From: a virus
Taxonomy: Duplodnaviria; Caudoviricetes
Reading direction: 5' to 3' (one strand)
IMG/VR virus record: IMGVR_UViG_3300044210_000052
Coordinates: 1-44,860 of that record
DNA: 44,860 nucleotides
The notes under the pieces are model-generated. The model was not told where the DNA came from. It saw only the letters and a program-made list of their open reading frames with translations, and ran no database searches. Below, in pieces: positions 10,498-19,699 of the stretch. How positions within the stretch are numbered: position 1 is the stretch's first letter; every line of letters begins with the position of its first letter. Both the position numbers and the translations under genes were made by a program.

Positions 10498-11065
10498 CTG
10501 ACGAAGGATAAGGACTGGGAGGTCCAGCTATAGCTACAATGCCAATAGCAGACGGTAACACCTGATCTAAACCTGTTGATATGGCTGCCGCAAGCCTGGG
10601 CATGCTCACCCCGGACATCCCAACACCAGCAAGTGCAGCTAGAAAGATACTAAGCGAAGCTGCTGGATTCGGAACAAGCATAATCTTGCCAGCACCAACT
10701 CCAACTCCTACTGACACAGTGTTAATAACCGCCATCATAAAGCAAGTCGTGAAACCTTGGGCAACTCCCGTAGCTAGGGGTACGCCCATCGTACCGATCA
10801 TGCCATAAGCCGAAAATGATCCAATCATGGATGCGGTTATAGTAGGTGGGATCATAACACTGAATCCAGTGCCTTTCCCAGCACCAATTGTCCCGACATC
10901 TATCGAACTAACAACCAACGGACCTAGTGCATAGGCACTGAGCCCGTTTGCCAGACCAGCAGCAAGACATGGAGCATACGTCCCAAGACAGCCTACCGCT
11001 GACAGTGCACCGGTCATTACCGGTGTAAGAGATGCAGGAGTCATAGGCATAAAATCACGCCTCAC
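10472..11065 (-). CDS. Gly/Ala-rich hydrophobic protein next to the spike (spike-associated?)
   Basis: 197-aa ORF (likely start ATG 11050 after GAGG); very few charged residues; immediately follows the spike gene. Confidence 0.65.
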   Translation of the reverse strand: MRRDFMPMTPASLTPVMTGALSAVGCLGTYAPCLAAGLANGLSAYALGPLVVSSIDVGTIGAGKGTGFSVMIPPTITASMIGSFSAYGMIGTMGVPLATGVAQGFTTCFMMAVINTVSVGVGVGAGKIMLVPNPAASLSIFLAALAGVGMSGVSMPRLAAAISTGLDQVLPSAIGIVAIAGPPSPYPSSGVGLGKLL

Positions 11066-11068
11066 GAA

Positions 11069-13240
11069 TCATCCCACCGGGATGGTAGGAAGACCAAAAG
11101 CTGGCATACCAGTTATCGGGTCAAGATAAGGACCCGGAGGTCCAGGAATTCCAGCCACACAAAACCCGACTGTCGTCGCACCGATCTTATTGATCGGCGC
11201 AATAAGAGAATTCATTGTACCTCCAGTGATGGTATTAGTGAGTGAGGAGGTAACACTAAGTGGGCCGCCGCTCGCAGTCAGTGATAGTGCACCGGCACCA
11301 ACAGTCGCTGACATACTCCCAACACCAACAGACATGGAATAAGCTCCCGCTGCAACCGTTGCTGACATGTTGCCCGTGGCTACAGTTGTAGTATGTGATC
11401 CAGCAACAACCGTTGTTGACTTCATACCTGCAAGCACTGTATGATCATCCACACCGGCTACTACCACTCCGGATTTACCGATGGCCCAAGTGGTGGTTAC
11501 TCTTTGTGCATGTTGCGTCTGCGTCTTTCCAAGCACTGTGGTGCCCCAATCACCAGCACACACTTGCTTCATACCGCCTGGACCTGCATTCTGCAGAATC
11601 GCATTTGCCTTTAGGGCTTTCTCTGCCCCTATATCTTCTACCGAATTGCCACCAATTATATTCATTTCAGAAGCACTTACAGTCCTCGATGTCGATCCGC
11701 CATACACCTCTTCGCTTGCTAGTCCACCCTCATCATTACCCATATGCTCACGACGAATCTTTCCATGAAGCTTTAGATGAATGCTATTCCCGTCGCGAAA
11801 GCGCCCAATCTCAATGTTCAAACCCCCGAGTAAACGAACATCCATTGAAGCCCCGTCAGAATTCTCGTCCGCCCCGATGACGGCTTTAACCAGCCCGGCA
11901 AACGCCGCCTCCAACGATTTGCCTTTCATTTCTGGCGTTCCCACACGAGTCTTTGGGACAAATAAGAGGACCTTCCCCTCTTTAGTAACACCAAACGCAT
12001 ACTGATTGGATCCATTGGGACTCTGCACACGGAAAAGACGCGCTAAAGCAACGTCATCCATGATGCCAAGATCTTGAATCGTGTCTACAGCCTCAAGCTT
12101 TGGTCCAGCTGGCACCGTGCGCTGATCCATATTATCAAACACACGCATGCTGAGTACACGCTTGTAGAGGGGTCTACCGGCCTCCGAATGAAAGTCGTTG
12201 CCAACGACTGTCCCCATCACGTCTTCGATGAAAACAGGAAAAGGTGGATCAACCTGAAACCCATCTCCCTCTTCAGTCACAGCCATTACACCATCCGAGA
12301 GATGTCTAAGCTCTTTGCGATCCTCAACGTAGGCGAGCTGGGTATCCGCAAATGACTGATCATGCTCTCCATGCACTACATAAGCCACACGTTGCCCATC
12401 AGGCGTCACAACATACGGATAGAATGGGTTGTCCGGATCGTCCGGGAAGTTTTTTGATCCGTCCTCTTTAATGAGCCCGAAGGATAATAGCACTGGATAT
12501 GCCGCGCTGTCCTTCGGAATTTTATCTGGAACAGTGCCGTCCTCCGCTACAGGAAAAAGATCCGGCAGAAAACTAAATGCATTACGTTTAATGAGCCCAC
12601 GCCGATAGTATCCTGCTGCACTGCTCGTGAACTCGTTGATAGTCTGAAGAACTGCTGTCTGATCTGCATCCCTGAGCCAGAATTCGTTACCAGCCCGATT
12701 AGTTATGAATACGTCGCGATCAAGCAATGCATCTGCACCTCCCGAAGATGATGCCAGCCAGTCACCAGGATAAGCCTTGCGACTCTTAAGACGTATGACA
12801 CCAAGATTCACATCTGGATCATCTGCAAGTTCCGGATGAGCAGTGAGAACCTCTGCAGCCTCCTCTGGCGCGACCGAAGCAAATGGCTCGAAGTCCCTCG
12901 CCATGAAAACACCGGGCGTCAGAACCTGAAGAATATACGGCTTGAATGCTCGGACCCCGAACTTCTTCCACCCCAGAATGACCGGTGTCCCTACCTCCGG
13001 TATGCTCCCAGACCAGCTCCTCGGACCAGCTCCGCCGGACGCCGGGATAGGAACGTCATGATATTCTCCACTCCCGGAGCTCAACCTGATGGAACAGACC
13101 ATAGTCTCTACATCTACGTGCGCAATCCGGCCAGACCATAAGTAGGACCGAGAATCTCGAGCATCATTGGTTTGCTGGCGCCAGCCACCGATCGCTGTCG
13201 GATCGGGGGTCATCTGCACAGTTCGTCTACGCTTGGCCAT
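11069..13240 (-). CDS. Baseplate central spike (gp5/gpV/VgrG-C-like)
   Basis: N-terminal OB-fold-like signature GRIAHVDVETMVCSIRL...SIPEVGTPVILGW; C-terminal ~9-residue beta-helix-like repeats (TTVVAGSHT/TTVATGNMS/ATVAAGAYS/MSVGVGSMS/ATVGAGALS); GGAG RBS; follows the hub gene. Confidence 0.75.
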   Translation of the reverse strand: MAKRRRTVQMTPDPTAIGGWRQQTNDARDSRSYLWSGRIAHVDVETMVCSIRLSSGSGEYHDVPIPASGGAGPRSWSGSIPEVGTPVILGWKKFGVRAFKPYILQVLTPGVFMARDFEPFASVAPEEAAEVLTAHPELADDPDVNLGVIRLKSRKAYPGDWLASSSGGADALLDRDVFITNRAGNEFWLRDADQTAVLQTINEFTSSAAGYYRRGLIKRNAFSFLPDLFPVAEDGTVPDKIPKDSAAYPVLLSFGLIKEDGSKNFPDDPDNPFYPYVVTPDGQRVAYVVHGEHDQSFADTQLAYVEDRKELRHLSDGVMAVTEEGDGFQVDPPFPVFIEDVMGTVVGNDFHSEAGRPLYKRVLSMRVFDNMDQRTVPAGPKLEAVDTIQDLGIMDDVALARLFRVQSPNGSNQYAFGVTKEGKVLLFVPKTRVGTPEMKGKSLEAAFAGLVKAVIGADENSDGASMDVRLLGGLNIEIGRFRDGNSIHLKLHGKIRREHMGNDEGGLASEEVYGGSTSRTVSASEMNIIGGNSVEDIGAEKALKANAILQNAGPGGMKQVCAGDWGTTVLGKTQTQHAQRVTTTWAIGKSGVVVAGVDDHTVLAGMKSTTVVAGSHTTTVATGNMSATVAAGAYSMSVGVGSMSATVGAGALSLTASGGPLSVTSSLTNTITGGTMNSLIAPINKIGATTVGFCVAGIPGPPGPYLDPITGMPAFGLPTIPVG

Positions 13241-13258
13241 ATATCTCCATAAACAACG

Positions 13259-15379
13259 TCATCCATCAACCGTCTGGATAAAAACCCACCTCTTCTTCCC
13301 TAGATCCCAGATCTTCCGGTACCCCTGGGCCTCCCTGAGCTGTGCTTCTGTTAGTCCTGATTGCTTCTCCTCTCCCTTCTTCCTGAGGCCGGACTTGTGG
13401 AACCTGCGTTGTCCCTTCACCCAGTAATAGTCCGGAGGGACCTCCCCATCATAAGAGAACCCAATCTTTTCGTAGACTCCACCTGAAAAAAGGCGGTTAT
13501 CCGAGAACGAGACTATGGATACCGGTCGGTGTTCTCTCACGAACGTCTTCAGAAGCTTGCTCCAGATCCCATGGACCCTATACTCCGGATCTGAAGCCAT
13601 CCTTACCAATTCCCATGGGTGCCTGGACTGCCTGGTCGGGTGGGAGAAGGACATGCAGCAGATCAGGCGATCCCGGAGAAAAGCCCCATAGGAAACCTTG
13701 GGGCGGCAGGGCCCTATGTAGTGGAACCTGTCGTAAAAGGGATCGGCCTCTCCAGCATTGACTGGACGGATAAGACAAACAGACGGTCTTATACTGACCT
13801 TATGAACACCAAGCTTATTTCGAATCACAGATTCAATAACGGACCGACGCCATTTCCATTCATCCTCAAACACACAGAAGAAAGAAAAACCGTTATCTGT
13901 GGCATGTTTATACTTGACCTGATCTCTACGCTTGGACTCAGGCATGGAATGCCATTTGAGGCCATTATATTCGATCAACAGGTTCTTTGCTTGTATAAAT
14001 AAGTCATATTTAAAGCCATCAATGCCATGCTCTGCATGTGCGCTGACCCCTAGATCTTGGATCAAAGCTCGGATGTCTTCAACCGGCTTGGATGTCCGGT
14101 TACTGACACACCCACATGTGAGAGATAAACCCTGCTTTATGTTGTCCAAGCATGGATGATATAGCTCGCCACACGCGGCACAGACGGCAGGGAAAGGATC
14201 TCCAGTTTTGGCAATCTGAGCCAATGGAACAACTCCACCTGGAATGAATTCATCAGGTTCGACAGGGCATCGGACAGACCTGATGATGTTCTCATTGTCT
14301 CTATACCAATCCCTGACCTTGGTAGCGCATTTTCCACAGGACTTTCTACCATTCATTATGACATAGGCCACGGGAAGATCTACCTCCTGACCACAGTCAC
14401 AAATCCAAGTCATTTTGCGTTTAGAGCTGGGCGATACCTCAATCGGGTGTTTGGCTGTCAAACGACCAAATCTTCGAGCAGAAACCTTGTTGCATTTTCC
14501 GCACGAACTTCCTCTCTTTCTAGCCAGAATTTGTTTGACTGAAGCCAGCACCAATCCACCACAATCACACAACCATTCAACTCGTGCTTTTGACCCGGGC
14601 AGCACATCTCGTGGCCACCTTATGCGCAACTTACCGAATTTCATTTCAGCAATCTGGACGGCCGGTATGAGGTTGCACTTTCCACAAGAGGAATTATGCC
14701 TTGAAGAAACGCTGCGAACACTGCGCTTCACCTCTCTCCCACAATCACATATCCATGTCAGTTTGACAGGCGATCCAAGATATGCCTCCGTTACCGGAGG
14801 CTTGACGCGCAATTTACCAAATTTCATCCGTTCCAATCTATCGCCACTGATCAAATTGCACTTGCCGCATGAGGTAATACGTCCTGATAAAATATATTTA
14901 ATAGCTGAAACAAACTCTCTGCCACAATCACACATCCAGACAAGCTCTTTATCTGAACGTGGCATCACGTCCTGAGGATCTCGGATCCTCAGCTTCCCGA
15001 ATTTCATCTTGGCGATCTGATCAGCCAGTATAAGGTTGCACCGACCGCACGACCTCGTGATCCCCTTTACGACACTACCTACGCATATATCGGCCTCGTT
15101 GCCGCAATCACACATCCAGACAAGCTTTTTTCCAGATCCGGGCATTATATCCTGAGGATCTCGGATCCTCAGCTTCCCGAATTTCATCTTGGCGATCTGA
15201 TCAGCCAGTATAAGGTTGCACCGACCGCACGACCTCGTCTTACCTGATAGGACAGTCGAAGAAAAAATATGGTTGCCGCAATCACACACCCATTCCACTT
15301 TGAGATGAGAGTGCCTAGCCAATTCCTGCGGCTCTTTGATCCGAAGTTTTCCGAACTTCTGATCATGCGCTATCAGCAT
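13259..15379 (-). CDS. Zn-ribbon-repeat / Vsr-DUF559-like endonuclease / Mom-GNAT-like protein, copy 2 (6 repeats)
   Basis: 706 aa. Six KFGKL...WxCDCG...SCGxC units; nuclease motif YDLFI...LLIEYNGLKWHS...RD...FEDEW; C-terminal HYIG...WELVRMAS...SKLLK...IVSFSDNR...GVYEKIGF...PDYYW...IWDLGKKRW. Confidence 0.9.
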   Translation of the reverse strand: MLIAHDQKFGKLRIKEPQELARHSHLKVEWVCDCGNHIFSSTVLSGKTRSCGRCNLILADQIAKMKFGKLRIRDPQDIMPGSGKKLVWMCDCGNEADICVGSVVKGITRSCGRCNLILADQIAKMKFGKLRIRDPQDVMPRSDKELVWMCDCGREFVSAIKYILSGRITSCGKCNLISGDRLERMKFGKLRVKPPVTEAYLGSPVKLTWICDCGREVKRSVRSVSSRHNSSCGKCNLIPAVQIAEMKFGKLRIRWPRDVLPGSKARVEWLCDCGGLVLASVKQILARKRGSSCGKCNKVSARRFGRLTAKHPIEVSPSSKRKMTWICDCGQEVDLPVAYVIMNGRKSCGKCATKVRDWYRDNENIIRSVRCPVEPDEFIPGGVVPLAQIAKTGDPFPAVCAACGELYHPCLDNIKQGLSLTCGCVSNRTSKPVEDIRALIQDLGVSAHAEHGIDGFKYDLFIQAKNLLIEYNGLKWHSMPESKRRDQVKYKHATDNGFSFFCVFEDEWKWRRSVIESVIRNKLGVHKVSIRPSVCLIRPVNAGEADPFYDRFHYIGPCRPKVSYGAFLRDRLICCMSFSHPTRQSRHPWELVRMASDPEYRVHGIWSKLLKTFVREHRPVSIVSFSDNRLFSGGVYEKIGFSYDGEVPPDYYWVKGQRRFHKSGLRKKGEEKQSGLTEAQLREAQGYRKIWDLGKKRWVFIQTVDG
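14970..15238. repeat. 89-bp exact direct repeat at 180-bp period within the copy 2 Zn-ribbon array
   Basis: 14970-15058 is identical to 15150-15238 (tcctgaggatctcggatcctc...ccgaccgcacgacctcgt). Confidence 0.9.
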
Positions 15380-15406
15380 TCCTTACAGTACAAAGTAAAG
15401 TCTATC

Positions 15407-15793
15407 GTGGCTACTGTTATAATCCAAGCCCTGAACCTCCAAGGAAAAATAATCGAAGGCGCCAGATGGGAGGTGGACCCTCCGCCAGGCCTCCAAGAAG
15501 GCCAAAGCATGGCCATATTGATAAGATGCGCGGATAAGGACCTCGAAAATTACCTTACAAAAGCTCGCGGCTCCGAATGCTACCTCGAACGCGATCAAGG
15601 CAAGACATTCGTTAGTTTGTCGTTTATTGTAAAACGCATCAGACATATGATCGCACCATCAAAACGACAAACTGATACGTTATGTCATGTCGTCCCCACC
15701 AACGGAAATGTAGAACAAATTCTAATTTATCTGTTCACACCATCAAAAATTAGTGAGGCTTTCATGCGTGCCATACGCAGTGCCAATCAATAG
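15407..15793 (+). CDS. Small hypothetical protein, opposite strand to the tail genes
   Basis: 3' part of ORF 15269..15793; GTG 15407 avoids overlap with copy 2. It fills the gap exactly and its TAG abuts the hub stop codon with no spacer. Confidence 0.5.
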   Translation: MATVIIQALNLQGKIIEGARWEVDPPPGLQEGQSMAILIRCADKDLENYLTKARGSECYLERDQGKTFVSLSFIVKRIRHMIAPSKRQTDTLCHVVPTNGNVEQILIYLFTPSKISEAFMRAIRSANQ

Positions 15794-18700
15794 CTATGTT
15801 TGCTTTCCACCAAGTACACCCTTCCAGTTATCCCTGAATTGGAACTGAGTGCCAGCGGCCGAGTTAAATTGTGTTGGATTGATAATACTGTTGTTAATGG
15901 TGGGAGCAGGGGGTTGAAATTGTTGGCGAGGCGTACCTGGTTCAATTGAAACTGTGCCGCCAGTAATCATTCGTGGATCAACAACTGTGCCCGGAAGACG
16001 CCCGAGTTGCCTTGAAACATCAGTAAGATTCGACCCAATCTTCCCCACGTTAGCCTGCACATTTTGCCAATCTTTAATAGCTGCAGAAGGCAGCCCGAAG
16101 TTTAAATTGGCTTCATTCTGTAAAGCCTCAAGTGCAACAGGATCTCCAGCCGCAGCACGCGCAAAGAGTGGGTTTGTCGGATCTCCTAACAGATTGTCCT
16201 GTTCATCGGTTTCAATACCGGCTGGGGCTTCAATATTACGTGATGCTCCAGTATAAGCATCCTCACGTACCGCGTTGTGTTGCCTATACTCGTCACGGAA
16301 CCTTCCCCGCAGATATTCCTCAAGCACTGAAAAGAAGTCCGTTCCTTTTTCATCAGTAAGCCCCCAGTCAAGCCCGGTTCCCGACGGTTTCTTAGCACTG
16401 CCCGCAACAAATACCTGTCGATTCTGTGGTGTATCCAATGGCATTTGGCCTCGTTTAAGCACGGTGTCGTACAGGCTATACTTAGCATCCCATGCAAGCC
16501 TTTGTCCGGGTGTCGCCAAACTACGCATCATAAGCACATCCGGACTCGTAATTCTATCGATTTCCTGCTGTGCTTGAACAACCTCTGCATTCGTGGCATT
16601 TATCCGGGCCTCTTCAACACCAGACGCAAGGCCCGCACCACCACTCAATACTCTTGCAATAAATTCCTGTGGTAACAGTGTATACCAGCTTGTACGAGAC
16701 AAAGCACACGAACACTGATTATCGAAAGCTTCAGAAAAACCACCAAGTGTAATTGTCGGTCGTAATTCACCTAACGTCTTTGCACGTCGAAGTGCATCAG
16801 CTTCGATATATAGCCCGGTGGCACGATTAGCATTCACTAGATTGGTATATGTTGCTGCACTTGTGGTCTGCACATCGCTGACCGTGCCGCCAGGCGTACC
16901 TTTGAATGATGCCCCTGTAACATAATCATCTGGCTGCATGCTTTCAAACTGGCTTGCGAAGCTTATAGCATCTGCCCCAGTACTCATAGCCGTAGGGCCA
17001 TCCGTAAGTACACCCGAGGTAGGTGCAAACTGCACACTAAGCTGATTTGCGATAGTACCAGGTTTATCGCCTGGAATCTGCATTTGCCCACGATCAATAA
17101 AAACACCACGCCCATATCTGTAATGCCCGATAACCTCAAATCCGAATTCATCAGAAACCGGACGTACAAGAATATTGAGCTTCGGTATGCTTGTAGCTTT
17201 AGCTGCTGTTTTCTGCACACTCTTGAGACTCGCAAGCTCATCCTGGACAGCTTGCAAGGTGTTTGCAGCATCAGTTACAGCCTGAGTTTTTGTGATGACT
17301 TCAGCTCCCAGGGACTTGTACTGAGAACTAAGTGTTTCAAAGTCTGCCGCACTGCCGCTATAAAGTCCTGTGATGCCTTTCTTGGCACTAACTAGCGCTT
17401 TATCGGCCTTCTTTTTCTCCATTACAGCCGTATCAAATGTAGTCTTCGCCTGTTGCACTTTGGCTTGTACTGCCTTCACACGATCGGCTATGAGTTCCTG
17501 ATTACGCTTTAACTTATCTCTTGACAGAGTAGTTTGAGATGAAGTCTGGGTCGTAGTTTGATTAGGAACGGTTGTACTTCCACGATTCAAAAGTGAATTA
17601 TAGTCTTCAATGTTAGTTGCACCAAATGAATCATTAGGACCTCCATCTGTTCCTGGTCCCCATGTAATATAATCTGCTGGGATTAGTGTGAGTTCTCGGA
17701 TACTACGGCTCTCATCGTGTGCGTAGTCATACGCACCAGTATTTGCCATTCCGGCCTCGTATCGATGAGCTCGAATCCGTGCAATCAGTTTACTTCTATC
17801 CCCAGACCAAAACTGCTTATATACATCAACATGCATTTGATATGTGTATGAAGAGCCTTCCTTCTGCTTCTGCGCCTGCTTTTTACCAGGACTCTTAGCA
17901 TCAGATTTACCCTGAGTTTCTAAAATGCGTGACAGCACCGTCCCATCAAGCGTTGAACGGTAAACCATGACAACATTTGGATAACCGAGGAGTTTAGCAG
18001 TTTTCGGATCGCGAATAACTGCTGGTTCACCACCACTTGTTTGTTTCTGCGACAAACCGCTAGTTGACCCAAGCGTACCTGGGAATGACACCTCATAGGT
18101 TTCATCCTCACCTTCACCGATTTTCTTGCCCGTCGCATCGTCAGATCTAACAACCTTGGCGGTTTTTCCTGTTTTTTTGATGGTTCCGATATTTTTCGGA
18201 GCAACGAACTTTGAACGCCGAGCAGTTAGTGTAAGCGTCGTCGTAGCCTGACCCCCAGGGCTGTATTGATGCGAAATGCCTTGGATGTAAAAGAACGAAT
18301 CATACTTCGGAATCCAAATGGGAAAGCCCATTCGAAGCTCAGGCCGTAATGGAATTGTTACAGTCCCTGTCTGTCGTCTAGTGTTGAGACGATCCATCCA
18401 GTCGAGCAAGTGAAAAAATAACTTTCGAGGATTACCAGCCCATTCAAGCTGAAGATCGGCACGGCGCCAACCATAACGCCTGAGCAAATGATAATCATAG
18501 ACACCTGTTCGTGGAGTCGTGATTTCGTCATTAAGCCCCCAATCCGTTACACCACCAAATGCATTTCCAGAAGCCGTTACATGAGTTACAACCTCTGCCT
18601 CAGAATCCGTGATGGAATCATCAATTATATCAATATCCTGGATCCAGCTCACAGGCTTATTAGGCAGAACATTTAGATTGTAGAACGGCGGCTTGAAAAT

Positions 18701-19699
18701 TATATCACCCGTGGTATCGCAGTAGAACTCATAGAGCATTTGGTCGCGTGCCTGAAGTGCAATAGACAACTTGCTCTGAGTTTCATTCTGGAAGAACTCC
18801 ACATCACCCGCACGAGGCACCTCAATCTTTGCAGTAGCAACCTCCTTCGGGTTTGAAAATAGCATCGTAGTTGATAGGTTGCTCTTGAGCCGCTGATATT
18901 CTTGATCAAAAATCGAACGAGCTACCTGATTCGGGGATACAGTGCCGTCAATACCAGAAAACGAATAGGCCTGACCACTCGCCCCATATAAAACAAGATT
19001 AGCTTGTATATTACTAAACTTCAGTTGCCAGTATGCCATCACATCCTTAGCATAGGCGCCGATGACACCAGACTCAGCTCCACGCTCAGGTATGAATGAA
19101 GTAAAAGACGATGTCGTCAAGAAAAAATCACCCATAGCATCGCGGGCAAGCTGTATGATGGTAGCGTATGGATTTTGACCTGCAAATTGATTCTGAAATA
19201 ATTGATACCCACCAGCCGATGATCCAAATGGCTCGGTGAATGCTGGATTCTGCGTGACATTCGTAATCTCCCACCAACGCAGAATATCCTTACAGTTTAT
19301 AGTGATTGACGTGGTCCCGTTGGACCATCCCTTCTGTACGCTTTGGACAAGACCCCAGAAAATTCTATAATATTGAGGCATTCCACCAATAAGGTAGTAT
19401 CCCTTCGCATAGATCTCCACCTCCATCATCTCGATGATGACTAGTTGCCCATCAACAAAGAACTCGTTGGCGTCATTGTCCGGGATCGACAGGTTAATTG
19501 TTGCGCTCCCAGGCGGTGAATCAACGCTTGCCTCGGTTGAAATGCCAGTCACATAATCATTAAAATTCACCCGATGCTGGCAGTCTCCACAGACCACAGT
19601 TTCGGTCTCACCCTGGAACGCCACATAGGCATCAGGGGCGTAAGAGACGAACGGACGCCGGTTCGGAGCCCAGGTACCTCGGAAGGCTGACTGTCTCAT
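15794..19699 (-). CDS. Baseplate hub protein (T4 gp27/Mu gp44/VgrG-N-like) with long C-terminal extension
   Basis: Hub-like motifs VTGISTEASVDSPPGSATINL, IFWGLVQSV...SITINCKDILRWW, YEFYCDTTGDIIFKPPFY, GTVTIPLRPELRMGFPI...FYIQGISHQY...TTTLTL; located between the tube initiators and the spike. Confidence 0.8.
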   Translation of the reverse strand: MRQSAFRGTWAPNRRPFVSYAPDAYVAFQGETETVVCGDCQHRVNFNDYVTGISTEASVDSPPGSATINLSIPDNDANEFFVDGQLVIIEMMEVEIYAKGYYLIGGMPQYYRIFWGLVQSVQKGWSNGTTSITINCKDILRWWEITNVTQNPAFTEPFGSSAGGYQLFQNQFAGQNPYATIIQLARDAMGDFFLTTSSFTSFIPERGAESGVIGAYAKDVMAYWQLKFSNIQANLVLYGASGQAYSFSGIDGTVSPNQVARSIFDQEYQRLKSNLSTTMLFSNPKEVATAKIEVPRAGDVEFFQNETQSKLSIALQARDQMLYEFYCDTTGDIIFKPPFYNLNVLPNKPVSWIQDIDIIDDSITDSEAEVVTHVTASGNAFGGVTDWGLNDEITTPRTGVYDYHLLRRYGWRRADLQLEWAGNPRKLFFHLLDWMDRLNTRRQTGTVTIPLRPELRMGFPIWIPKYDSFFYIQGISHQYSPGGQATTTLTLTARRSKFVAPKNIGTIKKTGKTAKVVRSDDATGKKIGEGEDETYEVSFPGTLGSTSGLSQKQTSGGEPAVIRDPKTAKLLGYPNVVMVYRSTLDGTVLSRILETQGKSDAKSPGKKQAQKQKEGSSYTYQMHVDVYKQFWSGDRSKLIARIRAHRYEAGMANTGAYDYAHDESRSIRELTLIPADYITWGPGTDGGPNDSFGATNIEDYNSLLNRGSTTVPNQTTTQTSSQTTLSRDKLKRNQELIADRVKAVQAKVQQAKTTFDTAVMEKKKADKALVSAKKGITGLYSGSAADFETLSSQYKSLGAEVITKTQAVTDAANTLQAVQDELASLKSVQKTAAKATSIPKLNILVRPVSDEFGFEVIGHYRYGRGVFIDRGQMQIPGDKPGTIANQLSVQFAPTSGVLTDGPTAMSTGADAISFASQFESMQPDDYVTGASFKGTPGGTVSDVQTTSAATYTNLVNANRATGLYIEADALRRAKTLGELRPTITLGGFSEAFDNQCSCALSRTSWYTLLPQEFIARVLSGGAGLASGVEEARINATNAEVVQAQQEIDRITSPDVLMMRSLATPGQRLAWDAKYSLYDTVLKRGQMPLDTPQNRQVFVAGSAKKPSGTGLDWGLTDEKGTDFFSVLEEYLRGRFRDEYRQHNAVREDAYTGASRNIEAPAGIETDEQDNLLGDPTNPLFARAAAGDPVALEALQNEANLNFGLPSAAIKDWQNVQANVGKIGSNLTDVSRQLGRLPGTVVDPRMITGGTVSIEPGTPRQQFQPPAPTINNSIINPTQFNSAAGTQFQFRDNWKGVLGGKQT

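Noticed and set aside
14970-15238. Exact repeats as a CRISPR array or DGR template/variable pair
   Set aside because: The repeats are in-frame coding units at 180-bp period, mismatches are not adenine-specific, and there is no cas or reverse transcriptase gene in the window.
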